A DNA stretch of 64,000 nt from Octopus vulgaris (lineage: Eukaryota), in NCBI GenBank assembly GCA_951406725.2, contig OX597826.1, positions 59,706,001-59,770,000 of the forward strand. Reading direction: 5' to 3'. Each line of letters starts with the position of its first letter. The first letter of the stretch is position 1. The notes beneath the pieces are model-generated. The model searched no databases, had not been told where the DNA came from, and was given only the letters and a program-made list of their open reading frames with translations. Positions 14,030 through 26,567 of this stretch are shown one piece after another. The position numbers were made by a program, and so were the translations under genes.

Positions 14030-14158
14030 TGTGTGCTTCGGTATCTGTATGTTCATATATGTATTATGTGCAAATATATGTTTTTATATGTATATGTATG
14101 TATGTGTGTGTGTTTTGCTATGTATTGAAGAAGAGACGCACAGAGAGATAAGGGATGT

Positions 14159-14207
<49 letters not shown>

Positions 14208-14339
14208 GATAAAAGTAAGGGTACATATGTAGACAGAATGTAAATGGAAAATGTTTATAAAGACGAAAGAAAGGAGAAATAATTATATTTTACAAAAATA
14301 TACATTTTATTAATATCATTGGTTAAAATTCTATAAATA

Positions 14340-14790
14340 GACATTGAATTTTAAAATAATTCATTTGGAATCTCGCTCCTTATGTTATTCTTATAATTGT
14401 TCAGATTATTTTCCATCTCAGAATATATTTCTTTTTAGATTATTATAGATTAGTTCCATTTAATGGGATGCTTTTGTTTGCATGTCTTGTTATCTTTTAG
14501 GTGTTGGGACTTAAAAATCTATATTTCTTCTTATGACGGTTTTGCTATAATTATGTTTGATCTGGTCCTGATTTGCGCTCCATAAGGGACGTGCTGTTTT
14601 TATTTATTTCCGTATTGTTGTTCAGTAAAGTGATGTTTGCTATTTCGTTTGTGGTGTTTTCTACTATTTATGATTAATCTTATTATTTTTATTTTTATTT
14701 TTATTTTACTGTGGCTGATGTAAATGATGCTTTTGTTTACTTAAACCACGCTTCTCCTGCAGTTGCCTCAACCACGATCTATTTATAGCT
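14340..14790 (-). pseudogene. Possible decayed Penelope-like GIY-YIG endonuclease C-terminus
   Basis: Minus-strand fragments GNCRR..KSIIY/SATVK ... KNSTSL ... KKKYIL...NIRSEI resemble the CNCR..IIYxAxV..T.LS..EKxxI..NxRxE order of PLE endonucleases. Many stops and frameshifts. Confidence 0.4.
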
Positions 14791-14932
14791 GTTAATCTAT
14801 TATAGATTATTGATAATCTCAGTAAATACATAACATTCACCGTGGTGTAAGTGTAACACCACATTCACTTACATATATATCTGTGTCTATGTAGATGCGT
14901 ATATATGTATGTATGCATGTGCTTATATATAA

Positions 14933-14988
<56 letters not shown>

Positions 14989-15065
14989 TGCGTATATATA
15001 TATGCGTATATATATGCGAATATATATGCGTATATATATATGCATATATATGCCTATATATATGC

Positions 15066-15103
<38 letters not shown>

Positions 15104-15185
15104 TTAGTCTTGTTGGGTACCTCTCTAGCAGTATATTGGATATATGTTATCCCATGGTGGGTTGAATTTTCAACCCCTATCTCAT

Positions 15186-15254
<69 letters not shown>

Positions 15255-15562
15255 TATATATGCGTATATAAAAGAATCATTGTGTGCCATTTTTGAACCT
15301 GTGTATCAATATGATGTCTGATAGTGTATATGTACAAAATCATAAAGGAAAACATGTGAGTTCACCATGAGTGTAGAACGGAAAAAAAATACTTGTATAT
15401 GATAAGTTAAAACAAGCATATACATACACAAGCAACATTTGCAAAAACATTCAGGTACAAGCAGGCACAAGTAGGGAAACACACACACACACACAGACAC
15501 ACACTCATGTTGCAAAGCATATACACACACATACCCACAACCAAATTATCGAATATTTATAG

Positions 15563-15567
<5 letters not shown>

Positions 15568-15593
<26 letters not shown>

Positions 15594-15809
15594 AACAATA
15601 ATGATAATAATATTAACAAGTGTAATAATAATAACAACAACAACAATAATAATAACAACAACAAGAGTAATAATAATAATAATAATGATAATAATAATAA
15701 TAATAACAAGAGTAGTAATAATAATAATAACAAGTGTAATAATAATAACAATAATAATAATAATAACAAGCACAACAAGAGTAATAATAATAATAATAAA
15801 AATAATAAA

Positions 15810-15844
<35 letters not shown>

Positions 15845-15857
15845 TAATAATAATAAT
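15568..15857. repeat. (AAT)n/(AAC)n microsatellite with recurring CAAG(T/A)GT interruptions
   Basis: Direct reading. Confidence 0.9.
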
Positions 15858-16740
15858 CCCCCCCAAAAAAAGATATACAAATCAAGTATACTGTAACCAT
15901 AATCACATTGAAATATTCCCGAATGCACAATCACGCACTTGAATGTTATGATGGAAAAAACACTCGTACTTTTGCATGTGTGTATGCTTAGGGATCATAC
16001 TCATACAGAAATACACATAGATGCACACATGTATTCGTCAGCCTGTGTATATGTGCGTGATCGTGTGTACGTCAGTGCGCATGCGCGCGTGCGCGAGTGG
16101 ACGCTTTGTAATTCCCTTACGTGGTTCTCAATTTGGAATCATATATCTGTCTTATCTGCCATATATATTTATAAACAAACAGTGTTTCTATTTAAGAGGA
16201 ACGCTATTGCAAATGTCTTAAACAAACCGTGTCCGATTTACATGTAATGTTCCACACGTTGAGAATATTTTTCTTCTCTCTATTTCCCCTCCGATGTTAT
16301 TTTCATAACAACCTATATGGAGTTTTCTAATACACTTGTTAGTATGTAGGTACGTGTGTTTGGTGAACAGCAGATAATAGTATTAAAGAGACCCTCGTGT
16401 GAGGAAGCTGGCAAAAATATCTTCGATTCATACTCCTCTCATATTTTTATTTCATTTTTCTTTTTTCGGGGGAAACTCAGTTCCATTCTTTTACATTATT
16501 ATGAAATGTTTGCACGTTTGCGGCATTATATTTGGCAGCGTTCTGTTTTACTTCGAGAAATCCTCCTTGAAAAAAAAAGCTACGTTATCCATAGGATGCA
16601 GGCACTGAAGTGGTCGAGTATATCTATCTGTCTATCTGCCTGCCTGCCTGTCTGTCTGTCTGTCTGTCTGTCTATCTGTCTATCTATTTATCTATCTATC
16701 TATCCATCCATCCATCCATCTATCTATCTATCTATCTATG

Positions 16741-17174
16741 TTACCCACTTGCAAACAAATGTGGTAACATATAACAATATTGACCAAGGTTACCGTGGTC
16801 TTTTTCGTAGGCTTTTCTTCCCACGGATAAACCTTACTTGCTTTCCCCTTTACACAATATATCATAACACTGTGATACACGATCCCTATTGATCGTTTTT
16901 TTCCCTCTACCCCATTTTCCCCCTTTTTTCTTCTTTTTTCATTTCTCTTTTCTTTTGTTCCTTTTCCTTTTCTTCTTTTTTTATTTTTATTTTTTATTTT
17001 TATTTTATTTTTCTTTGTTCTTTTCTTCCCTTTTACGATCCCTCTTGATCGAAAACCTACGCCACCCCTTTTTTTTGTTTCTTTTGTGTTTTGTTTTTTT
17101 CATCCACCAAAAGAAAAGCTCTACCTTGTAACTTGTCCCATCTGTGTGCAGCCCTGTGTAGCCAATAAAGAAAC
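16741..17174 (+). mobile_element. Solo 3' UTR of the Tx1-type LINE family
   Basis: Closely matches 19090-19460 (GGTTACCGTGGTCTTTT..GTAGGCTTTTC; ACGATCCC; AAGCTCTACCTTGTAA; GCAGCCCTGTGT.GC.AATAAAGAAAC). Flanked by (TATC)n. Confidence 0.85.
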
Positions 17175-17312
17175 TTATCTATCTATCTATCTATCTATTT
17201 ATCTATCTATCTATCCATCCATCCATCCATCCATCCATCCATCCATCCATCTATCTATCCATCCATCCATCCATCCATCCCTCCATCCATCCATCCCTCC
17301 ATCCCTCCCTCC

Positions 17313-17400
<88 letters not shown>

Positions 17401-17529
17401 GTTTGTCTGATTGTCTGTTTGTCCTTCTACTTATCTACCTATCTGACTGTCTGCATGTCTGCCTCCCTGCCTCTGTTTCTGTCCGTCTGCCTGTCACTCA
17501 CTCACTCTCTCTGCATCTATCTATGTATT

Positions 17530-19460
17530 CACCTATCTGAGACCCTTCGACATTGCACGTTCGGTCCGTCAGGGATGCCCCCTCTCGGCGCTTCTATACG
17601 TATTGACTCTTGAGCCACTACTGCGGAAGCTGGCGACTCTGAGGGGCATCCCGCGAGAATTAGGATGCGGGACGAGCGTGTCTGCATACGCGGACGACGT
17701 CACCGTCATAGTGTCAAGCCACGAGCACATCGAGCGGGTCGGCGAGACACTGAAAGACTACGAAGCGGTGACAGGAGCAAAAATCAACCGGGAAAAGTCA
17801 GTGGGCTTGCGGCTCGGCACCTGGAGAAGCAAGCCCATGCCGTCCACCAGTACCTCCGTCGTGGGACGCTGGACAGACGGCCCGGTTGAGTTGCTCGGGG
17901 TCTGGTTCGGTCCGGACCTCCAAATGGAGAAGAACTGGAACGAGATAACGAGTAGGGTGGTCACTCTCGCCCGGCAATGGGCCGAGAGGAAACTGTCCCT
18001 AAAAGGTCGGGCGGAGGTGGTGAACGCGTACATCGCGTCCATCATCTACTACCGCCTGACCGTCGTACCTTGTCCCGACCCTACCATCACCAAACTAGAA
18101 CGCATCCTCTTCCGCTTCTTGTGGAAAGGATGCGTCCCGATGGTCAGGCGATCCATTTGCTGTCAACACCCGTTAAAAGGAGGGCTGGGCATGCCGTGGT
18201 TGATGATGCGCAGACACGCGCTGAGACTGCGACATCTCCGGCTCTATGTAGACGACGGTGAACAGGTGTGGTCGCCGTTTGTGAGGCACGCATTCCCGCA
18301 ACTCGTCTCCATGACCGAACTACAGTCGTGGATCAAAAAGAGGCCGAAGAAGGGCGAATGGCACCGCGAGTGTCGCGTTGCTCTCAAGCAACTCTGCCGT
18401 CCCGGGTCGACCTTGAGTGACTTCAACACAACCAAAGCATTCTATAGGGGATTAGTGGAGGGGAGGTACGACGACGAGCTCGGGGCAAACCTGGGCGTCG
18501 ACGAGGAATACCTGACCCGCCTGTTTCAAACGACTTTCGGCCCGGGACCTATGGACAACTTCCAGAGATCCCTGGCCTGGCGGTGCTACCGAGAAGCGCT
18601 ACCCGTTCGGGATAAGCTCTATAGGCATGGCTCGAGAGACACGGGGCCGACCTGCCCGAGATGCAGGCAGAGCGACGAAACCGCTCTGCACGCAATCGTG
18701 CAGTGTCCAGCAATTTCCCACCTGTGGGCTTATGTCGAACGACTGCTGTCACGTGTGGGACGTGTCGGTTTATCAGCCGAGTCTATCGTTAATATCGTCA
18801 CGCCTCCTTCCTTCAAACGGGAAGGAAGAGCTATTTTTATCATACTTGTGGCTATGGCGAAAGAATGTATCTGGTGGACGCGTCTGAAAGGATTAGAGAC
18901 AAACACTTTCCTCTCTGGTCAATCTCTCATCAACTTCTTCAAGTATCACTCGAAGAAAAAAGTGAGAGTAGAGAGGCAAGTTTTGTCTAGTGAATGTTTA
19001 AAAAAAGATGGGTGAATGCAGCAAGGATGGCACGTATGAATGACGAAGCCACCTTGACTATGATTCTATGAACCGTAAAAATTAATACAGAGAGTTGCTT
19101 ATTTGCAAAAAAAAAAAAAAAGATATATAACATGTGACTTCATTAACCGAGGTTACCGTGGTCTTTTCCGTAGGCTTTTCTTTCCACGGGTAAACCTCAC
19201 CTGTCCTCCCCTTTACACTTCATATTGACATTTCTGTGATAACGATCCCTATTGATCAATTTTTTTTCCACTCCCCCCTTTTTTTTTAACACCCCCCCTT
19301 TTTGTCCTCTTTCTCTCCTTTTACGATCCCTTTTGATCGACCCCCCCCTTTTTTATTTTATTTTATTTTATTTATTTATTTTTTTTTAAACCTTCAAAAC
19401 AAAGCTCTACCTTGTAATTTGTTCTATCTGTGTGCAGCCCTGTGTGGCTAATAAAGAAAC
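17530..19460 (+). mobile_element. 5'-truncated L1/Tx1-clade non-LTR retrotransposon
   Basis: GC-rich RT-to-C-terminus coding segment followed by a T-rich 3' UTR ending AATAAAGAAAC. Confidence 0.9.
17603..19015 (+). CDS. Partial ORF2: reverse transcriptase C-terminal half and CCHC zinc-binding domain (Tx1/L1 type)
   Basis: In-frame upstream RSVRQGCPLS, YADD at 17687-17698, GAKINREKS, LLGVWF, LSLKGR, GGLGMP, CPRC..ETALHAIVQC. 5' truncated; probable frameshift at the extreme 3' end. Confidence 0.9.
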   Translation: MTLEPLLRKLATLRGIPRELGCGTSVSAYADDVTVIVSSHEHIERVGETLKDYEAVTGAKINREKSVGLRLGTWRSKPMPSTSTSVVGRWTDGPVELLGVWFGPDLQMEKNWNEITSRVVTLARQWAERKLSLKGRAEVVNAYIASIIYYRLTVVPCPDPTITKLERILFRFLWKGCVPMVRRSICCQHPLKGGLGMPWLMMRRHALRLRHLRLYVDDGEQVWSPFVRHAFPQLVSMTELQSWIKKRPKKGEWHRECRVALKQLCRPGSTLSDFNTTKAFYRGLVEGRYDDELGANLGVDEEYLTRLFQTTFGPGPMDNFQRSLAWRCYREALPVRDKLYRHGSRDTGPTCPRCRQSDETALHAIVQCPAISHLWAYVERLLSRVGRVGLSAESIVNIVTPPSFKREGRAIFIILVAMAKECIWWTRLKGLETNTFLSGQSLINFFKYHSKKKVRVERQVLSSECLKKDG

Positions 19461-20456
19461 ATATATTTGTCTATATGTGTAGTTAATACACCAAACGTTA
19501 TTCACGTGTGCAGCTGGAAACATATCCAGTAAAATACGTAGAAATATACGGAAACTATGATTCTGAAAAATAAAAAAAAATTGTAAAATTTCAATTTTTC
19601 AAAAAATAAATAAATAATAAACACTCCTCCCCTCCTACTAAAATAGCAGATATAAAAAGTATCTAAACAGAAAACTCGACATGCTAGGTACAACAGCTAA
19701 ACAACGAATAACATTTTCAAAATGTTAAGTTCCCCACCCCCCTTTTTTCTTTGCTAGAAGGGTAGAGAAGAGGAAAATTAAATTTTGAGAACGTGTTTTG
19801 GGGATTTTCAAAATCTTCAGTTATTAAGTACACTCCAACCGGAAACTCCGACACCCTAGAAACAACAGTCAACCCTAAGATCCACTCTCTACATACGAAT
19901 TATCAAAGAAGAAAAAAAAAATTTAATTTCATTTTGTTGTCCTGTGTGTGTGTACGTGTTTGTATGTATGTGTGTGTACAAAACAACTAATTTTTACATA
20001 CCCCTCTTAATTTCAAAAGGCCCTCAACCGCAACATATTCACTTTCTGTCACATATGCGCTGGCGGAGGGGAGGGGGGTTTATTTATATATTTTTGAAAA
20101 ATTGAAATTTTACAGTTTTCTTTTTTCAGAATCATGATCTCCGTATTTTACAACGTATTTCGGCGAAACAATATTTCTAAAAAAAAAAAAAAAAAGCGAC
20201 AAATTGAGAGTGGAGGGAATTAAAATTTTGAAATGCCGATTTGTTTTTCGCAGATTCAGAACCTCCGCAGCCGAAAAGGTAGGTTTCTGTAGAAAAACAA
20301 AAACCCCAAAGGGTGGTGAGGTCCATATCCTTTATCTCCTCCAAAATCTGCTGCACAGCTGAGCCGTCGGAGACTAAACCCAAAATATCAGCCCTTAGAT
20401 AACTTCATACTAGAAAAACAGCACAGCAATGATAGACCCAAAGGGTTGCTTTAAAC

Positions 20457-21059
20457 CAATGGTTCTCAAACTGTTTTTTTTTTTACCAATGGAACCCGTT
20501 TAAATACTAATAACAATTGGATGTTTAAAAAATGTTCTATTTCTATAAATACACTACCGTCAGAAATTAATTAGCACCCTTGATTTGCTCTTCACTCAAG
20601 GTATGTGCTGTCACCTAGTGGCCATATCTCGAACTATTGCTTTGTTGCGAGTTCACTGTTGCGCAGAACGATGACGTAACTTTGTTTGCAGAGCAGTTTG
20701 AGAGTCTACAGCCTTATGATGTTGACATAGCAGTGCAACAACTTGGAGTGCGGATGCAGACAAATCTTCCTTTGTTTAATAGATATAGGTAGCGCCTCGC
20801 AAGGACCGAAATCACACCATACTAAGTTTTCTCATCGCGTAAGACGTTTTGAACAGCTCATAGGTTAATTGACTTAACCTATTTAATGTAGAAATTTGAG
20901 AAGTGCTAATTAATTTCTGACGCAAGTGTAGATAGTATTAGGAATTGCATAAGAGAAATGTCAAAATATTTTTGTGTATTGTAGAAGTAGAACAAATTTA
21001 TTGCTCATGAATTTTAACAAGAAAATCTTATATGAACACTTAAGGATTAAGAACCAATA
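20457..21059. mobile_element. Degenerate hAT-like MITE (host of the nested element)
   Basis: Ends CAATGGTTCTCAAAC / TTAAGAACCAATA resemble the CAGTGGTTCTCAA-type TIR. Confidence 0.45.
20552..20928. mobile_element. Tc1/mariner-type MITE
   Basis: 26-bp TIRs CACTACCGTCAGAAATTAATTAGCAC / GTGCTAATTAATTTCTGACGCAAGTG with TA on both sides. Confidence 0.8.
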
Positions 21060-21099
21060 TTTCAAAGCAACGATGTTATAATAATCTGCAATCCATTTG

Positions 21100-22080
21100 C
21101 AATATAACGAAAATAAACACGTTATATCACATCACACGAAGGATACACAGTTTTGGCAAATGTCCTCATAGAGAAATGGCAAATGTATCCGTAAAAACAC
21201 AATATGGAACTAAATGAGAATTTGAATTAACCCACTTTGGAACAGAGACTGCGTTTAAGCTACAATACATCCTTCCTTCGGGCGAAAAACTCATGGCACC
21301 AAACATCTCGGAATAACTGTCGACTACACCTTCATATGGGGTGTCCAGGTAAATAACAAACTCGACGTGGTCCGTAGGGCGTCCTCCTGGATCCTCAGGA
21401 GTTTTCGGTCTAGAAAGGCTCCGATTCCTATTCTTCTCTTCACAAACATCGCCTATCGTCACCTTGAATACTGTTGTCTTCTGTGGTCTCCCTACAAGAA
21501 ACACGTTATTATAAAATTAAAACAACCCAAGGATCAATCACGAGGCGTAACAACAACATAACAGGTCTTGATTAGTGGGGTCATTAAAAAACTTTATTTC
21601 CCCCCAACTTTATTTCCCTCAAACTTTATTTTCCCCAACAGCGTCGTGAGCACTCTATCATTTGTATGATGTCGAAAATATTCCAACAGCATTCCCCAAA
21701 TTATTTTGGCATCAACTTCAGAATCCACCCAAAGCTTAATTCCGTGTTCGGTGTCCTACAAAAATTATGCTCGCGTCACATCACAAAACTAAGACAGAGT
21801 TATTTCACCACAAATGGCTTTGCTCATTTGAACATCATATAAGAGAAGAAATACACATAAGAGAAGAAAAGGATATAACATTCAAACGCAGCCTGGCCGA
21901 AAGAAAGACTCCAACAAATTTCAGATAAACCACCTACACCTGGATACACCTCGGCAAACAAAAACTCATTACTCGAATGGATTATGACGCCCAAAGAATA
22001 ACTACAATATGTACAATCATTAAAAGACTTAAGCAAGGCTTGGGCCAATTTTAGTGAAAACTCATCTAGATATCTAAGCT
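21100..22080 (+). pseudogene. CR1-group LINE ORF2 3' remnant
   Basis: WILRSFRSR..ILLFTNIAYRHLEYCCLLWSPYKK..IIKL motif; downstream DKPPTPGY..NSLLEW. Confidence 0.75.
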
Positions 22081-22202
22081 TATACACACACACACACACG
22101 CACACACACACACATATATATATATATCTTTTTGGGATCTAGTTTGCAAGAGTCTTTATGCGAGTTCGTGTGTTGAAACATACTCTGTTGTGTATACATG
22201 TT

Positions 22203-22232
<30 letters not shown>

Positions 22233-22240
<8 letters not shown>

Positions 22241-22893
22241 GTTGTATACTGTCAATCTAACATGAACGTAACAGTAGGGGGGGGGGGGGTACACCACCGC
22301 TGTATAGCCCTAGGAATCACCGAACGCCTCCTGATGGCTTTGACACATTTTTCCCTGTGTCCTTATATACATTTACGAAAGGGAGACAAAGACCCCCGGC
22401 CGCCGAAGCTGCATCTAGGGACACGTGTTTCAGGATCATTGTCCTTCATCGGCCTAGAGTAGCAGACACCGGTCAGCTGGTGATATTTGTCTCGACTTCG
22501 TAATTGTATATATCTATAATTCAGTGATTATCAAAATAATTTCTTATTTTGATAATCAGTGAATAGACTTCACTGAATTATAGATATATACAATTACAAA
22601 GTCGAGACAAATATCACCAGCTGACCGGTGTCTGCTACTCTAGGCCGATGAAGGACAATGATCCGTGTCCCTAGATGCAGCTTCGGCGGCCGGGGGTCTT
22701 TGTCTCCCCTTCGTAAATGTATATAGGGACACAGGGAAAAATGTGTCAAAGCCATCAGGAGGCGTTCGGTGATTCCTAGGGCTATACAGCGGTGGTGTAC
22801 CCCCTACTGTCACGTTCGTGTTAGATTGACAGTATACAACCATTCTATCGCCCCACCACCGTACATGTCGCTACGAGAGATTTAGAAATTCAG

Positions 22894-22900
<7 letters not shown>
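22233..22900. mobile_element. Head-to-head palindromic HHR element in (TA)n (arms 22233-22539 / 22544-22848)
   Basis: About 305-bp arms with a 4-nt loop and few differences; (TA)n on both flanks; about 50 extra bp on the right. Confidence 0.85.
22414..22458 (-). ncRNA. Minimal type I hammerhead ribozyme (U4C core)
   Basis: TCTAGG CCGATGA AGGA-CAATGA-TCCT GAAAC-ACGT-GTC CCTAGA: 6-bp stem I, 4-bp stem II, palindromic ACACGTGT stem III, GUC site. Confidence 0.75.
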
Positions 22901-22941
<41 letters not shown>

Positions 22942-23151
22942 GTATAATATGTTTATATTACTCGTTTCATCCATGCGACTGCGGCGATGCTAGATACACG
23001 TGCATATGTAAATATATGTATATGTATACAAGTATATATCTATGTATACATGTATATGAATACGTATACATGTATGAGTGCGTACTCATGTACACACAGA
23101 CACACACACACACACACACCCATATAAATGTATATATGTATATATATGCAC

Positions 23152-23182
<31 letters not shown>

Positions 23183-23656
23183 TGTATGTATGTATGTATG
23201 TATGTATGTATGTATGTATGTATGTATGTATGCAGGGATATATGCATAAAACTGATTAGACTACTGGCGTATGAAGCTTGGTGATTTATACCGCAACCTG
23301 ATGCATATGTCATCAATGTGAGATTTTTAGAAAATAATTCTCAGATGTTGCTATAGTGACTTGTCTGCGATGAAACAGAGCAATTACCTGAATGATGTCG
23401 TAGGTCGTTTTCTAAACAGAAGTCGTATCATATGACAAACCCATTGACAAATAGATATAAATCATATCTGTCACTTACGAGGGGACAATGACATTTATTA
23501 CTGAAAGTCTGGAAGACTCGGCTCTGCAGATTTTACCGCTAACTTATGCTTCGTGTCTATGTTGCTGCATATTTTGATGTTACACGTAATCTCCTCTTTC
23601 TGCTCACACGCACACGGAAACACACACACGCAGGCATGTGATATTATGTATGTATG

Positions 23657-23710
<54 letters not shown>

Positions 23711-23728
23711 AACATACATATACACACA

Positions 23729-23775
<47 letters not shown>

Positions 23776-24041
23776 ACATATACATATATATTTATATGAA
23801 TATATATTCAGGTGTATAAACACATGACTTATTCGACTTGGAGATACTGTATAATTATGAATAAATAAATCTCATATAAATCATCGTTGGCATTAGATAA
23901 TTTGTTATCATGCGAAAATATAAATTTTCATACGCATGCATAACATATTAAAGGGTCATGATTAAACGGTCATATATGCACATACACAATGCTCTAAATG
24001 CATACGTTTGTATTCATATAAATATCTCGATTTACAACCAA

Positions 24042-24100
<59 letters not shown>

Positions 24101-24104
<4 letters not shown>

Positions 24105-24327
24105 TTTTTAGTTACATGTTTCAGTCAATTGACTGCGGCCATGCTGGAGAAGCACCTTTAGTCGAGCAAATCGACCCCAGGACTTATTCTTTTGTAAGCC
24201 TTGTACTTATTCTATTGGTCTCTTTTGCCCAACTGCTAGGTTACGGGGCCATAAACACACCACCATCGGTTGTCAAGCGATGTTGGGGGAACAAAAACAA
24301 CAGACACACAAACATATACACACACAT

Positions 24328-24360
<33 letters not shown>

Positions 24361-24520
24361 CATACGACGGGATTCTTTCAGTTTTCTGTTTCCGGCTACC
24401 AGATCCACTGACAAGTGCTAGGTCGGTCCGAGGCTATATTAGAAGACACTTGCCCAAGGTGCCACGTAGTGGGACTAAACCCAGAAACATGTGGTTGGTA
24501 AGCAAGCTACTTACGACACA
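24101..24520 (-). mobile_element. tRNA-derived SINE group A
   Basis: Reverse complement of the 25893-26317 copy. Confidence 0.85.
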
Positions 24521-24734
24521 CACATATGGATAGATAGATATATAGATAGAAAGATATTAGATATACATACTCATTCATAAGTGTACATACATCGTGCGTG
24601 AAGGATGGACATCGCGCTGATTTTGCTTAACTTTGTCGGCGCTTGTTCCACTAAAGAACGCCATACGTAAACACATACGCACAGACATACACACTGATGC
24701 ACACACATACTTGACCTCAGTTCTCAACTTATAT

Positions 24735-24870
24735 CTATCTTATCGACCCCGGAATGACGAAAGGCAAATTCGGCCCCCGGCGGGTTTTAATCTCAAAGCG
24801 TAACAACTGACGAAATGCCGCGAAAAAAGTTTTCCCCGCGTGGTAACGATTCTGTCAGCTCACCACCTTG
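24735..24870 (-). mobile_element. SINE group B fragment
   Basis: TTATCGACCCCGGAATGACGAAAGGCAAA...AACGATTCTGTCAGCTCACCACC. Confidence 0.65.
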
Positions 24871-25500
24871 ATTACTTTTAACGTTAGGGGAATGTTTCCC
24901 GTTGCACGTATATAAGTTGAGATGAACTGGTTAACTTAAAGCATACTGCTATTTCAGCAAAACAATACAATGAAACCAGTTAAGAACTCACTCAAATACC
25001 GACTAGCAAAAAATCTCGGCTATCTCTCATAAACTACACATGAATTACACACGTACATATATGTATATTTTCTTCTATGTTTAAGTATTCGAAATTAACC
25101 TATAAGAAAGGTGCTGGTTTCTTAGATAGAAATCTCCTTTTGGATTATAGATAATGGTAACAAATTCGCAATTTGAACATGAAGCAAATCTTACATATTT
25201 GTACTGTTACACATACCGATTGTATATGTAAAGGACGTATTAGCTGGTGAAATTCTTTTTCTTAAAACCTTAGATTGTCGCTCAGGTATTCACTTTCAAA
25301 ACGAAGTGTATTAATCATCATGATATAAAGTGGCTTTATAATCTGCTAATACATGTTGAAAGTTTCGAAACATTTGACCATAATTATCATCCTGCTCATT
25401 GATTTTTGAAAAAAGATATTAACATCAGCAAGGCAGCTGGTATCTATGACGAAATCCGTCATTTTAAGTACATGATTATGCATGTACGTACATATATATA

Positions 25501-25544
<44 letters not shown>

Positions 25545-25557
25545 CACGCACACGCAC

Positions 25558-25609
<52 letters not shown>

Positions 25610-25780
25610 GGTTTCAAATATTGGCACAGGGCCGGCACCTTTAAATCGATGACATCGATCCCAGTGTTCAACTGATACTTTTTGTATTTATCACCTTCGA
25701 AAGAATGAAAGTCTAAGTCAACATCTGCAGAACTTGAACTGAGAAAATATGGGCGCCAAGGATTTTTCCCGGCGTGCTCA
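25610..25780 (-). mobile_element. SINE group B fragment
   Basis: TTGGCACAGGGCC..TCGATGACATCGATCCCAGTG..TTCGAAAGAATGAAAG. Confidence 0.55.
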
Positions 25781-25892
25781 CTACTGGTGAAATTTTTATG
25801 GCTACGATCGATATCTCTACAGCATTCATATATATATATATATATATATAGAGAGAGTGAGAGAGCATTCATAGATATACATATATATATAT

Positions 25893-26317
25893 GCGTAAGA
25901 GTGGCTATGTTGTAAGTAGCTTGCTTACCAACCACACGGTTCTGGGTTCAGTCCCACTGCGTGGCACCTTGGGCAAGTGTCTACTACTGTAGCCTCGGGC
26001 TGACCAAAGCCTTGTGAGTGGATTTGGTAGACGGAAACTGAAAGAAGCCTGTCGTATATATGTATATATATATATATGTATGTGTGTGTATATGATTGTG
26101 TGTCTGTGTTTGTCCCCACAACAGCGCATTACAACCGATGCTGGTGTGTTTACGTCCTCGTAACATAGCGGTTCGGCAAAAGAGACCGATAGAATAAGTA
26201 CTAGGCTTACAAAAAATAAGTCCTGGGGTCGATTTGCTCGACTAATGGTGGTGCTCCAGCATGGCCACAGTCAAATGACTGAAACAATTAAAATAGTAAA
26301 AGAGAGAGTAAAGAGAG
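25893..26317 (+). mobile_element. tRNA-derived SINE group A, full length
   Basis: A-box-like GTGGCTATGTTG, B-box-like GGTTCAGTCCC, internal (TA)/(TG) tract, tail CAGCATGGCCACAGTCAAATGACTGAAAA-like plus A-rich repeats. Confidence 0.9.
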
Positions 26318-26533
26318 TTTATATATAAGTCTAAAATAATATAGCATACCGAAGTGAAATCGAAACCCGAAATATGAGGACAATTAGTGAGGGTAATAAT
26401 CATACATACACGTGTAATTAATAAACAGATTTTGCTGTATCGGAATGAACTCGAACCGGTATAGCCAGGCCAAGAAATTATTACTCTTCCTATCCAATTA
26501 TGCGAAACCTGCATACATACATACATGCATACA

Positions 26534-26567
<34 letters not shown>

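Noticed and set aside
22330-22395. CTGATGG...CGAAAG on the + strand of the left arm
   Set aside because: A9 is missing and stems do not close; the better HHR is on the opposite strand.
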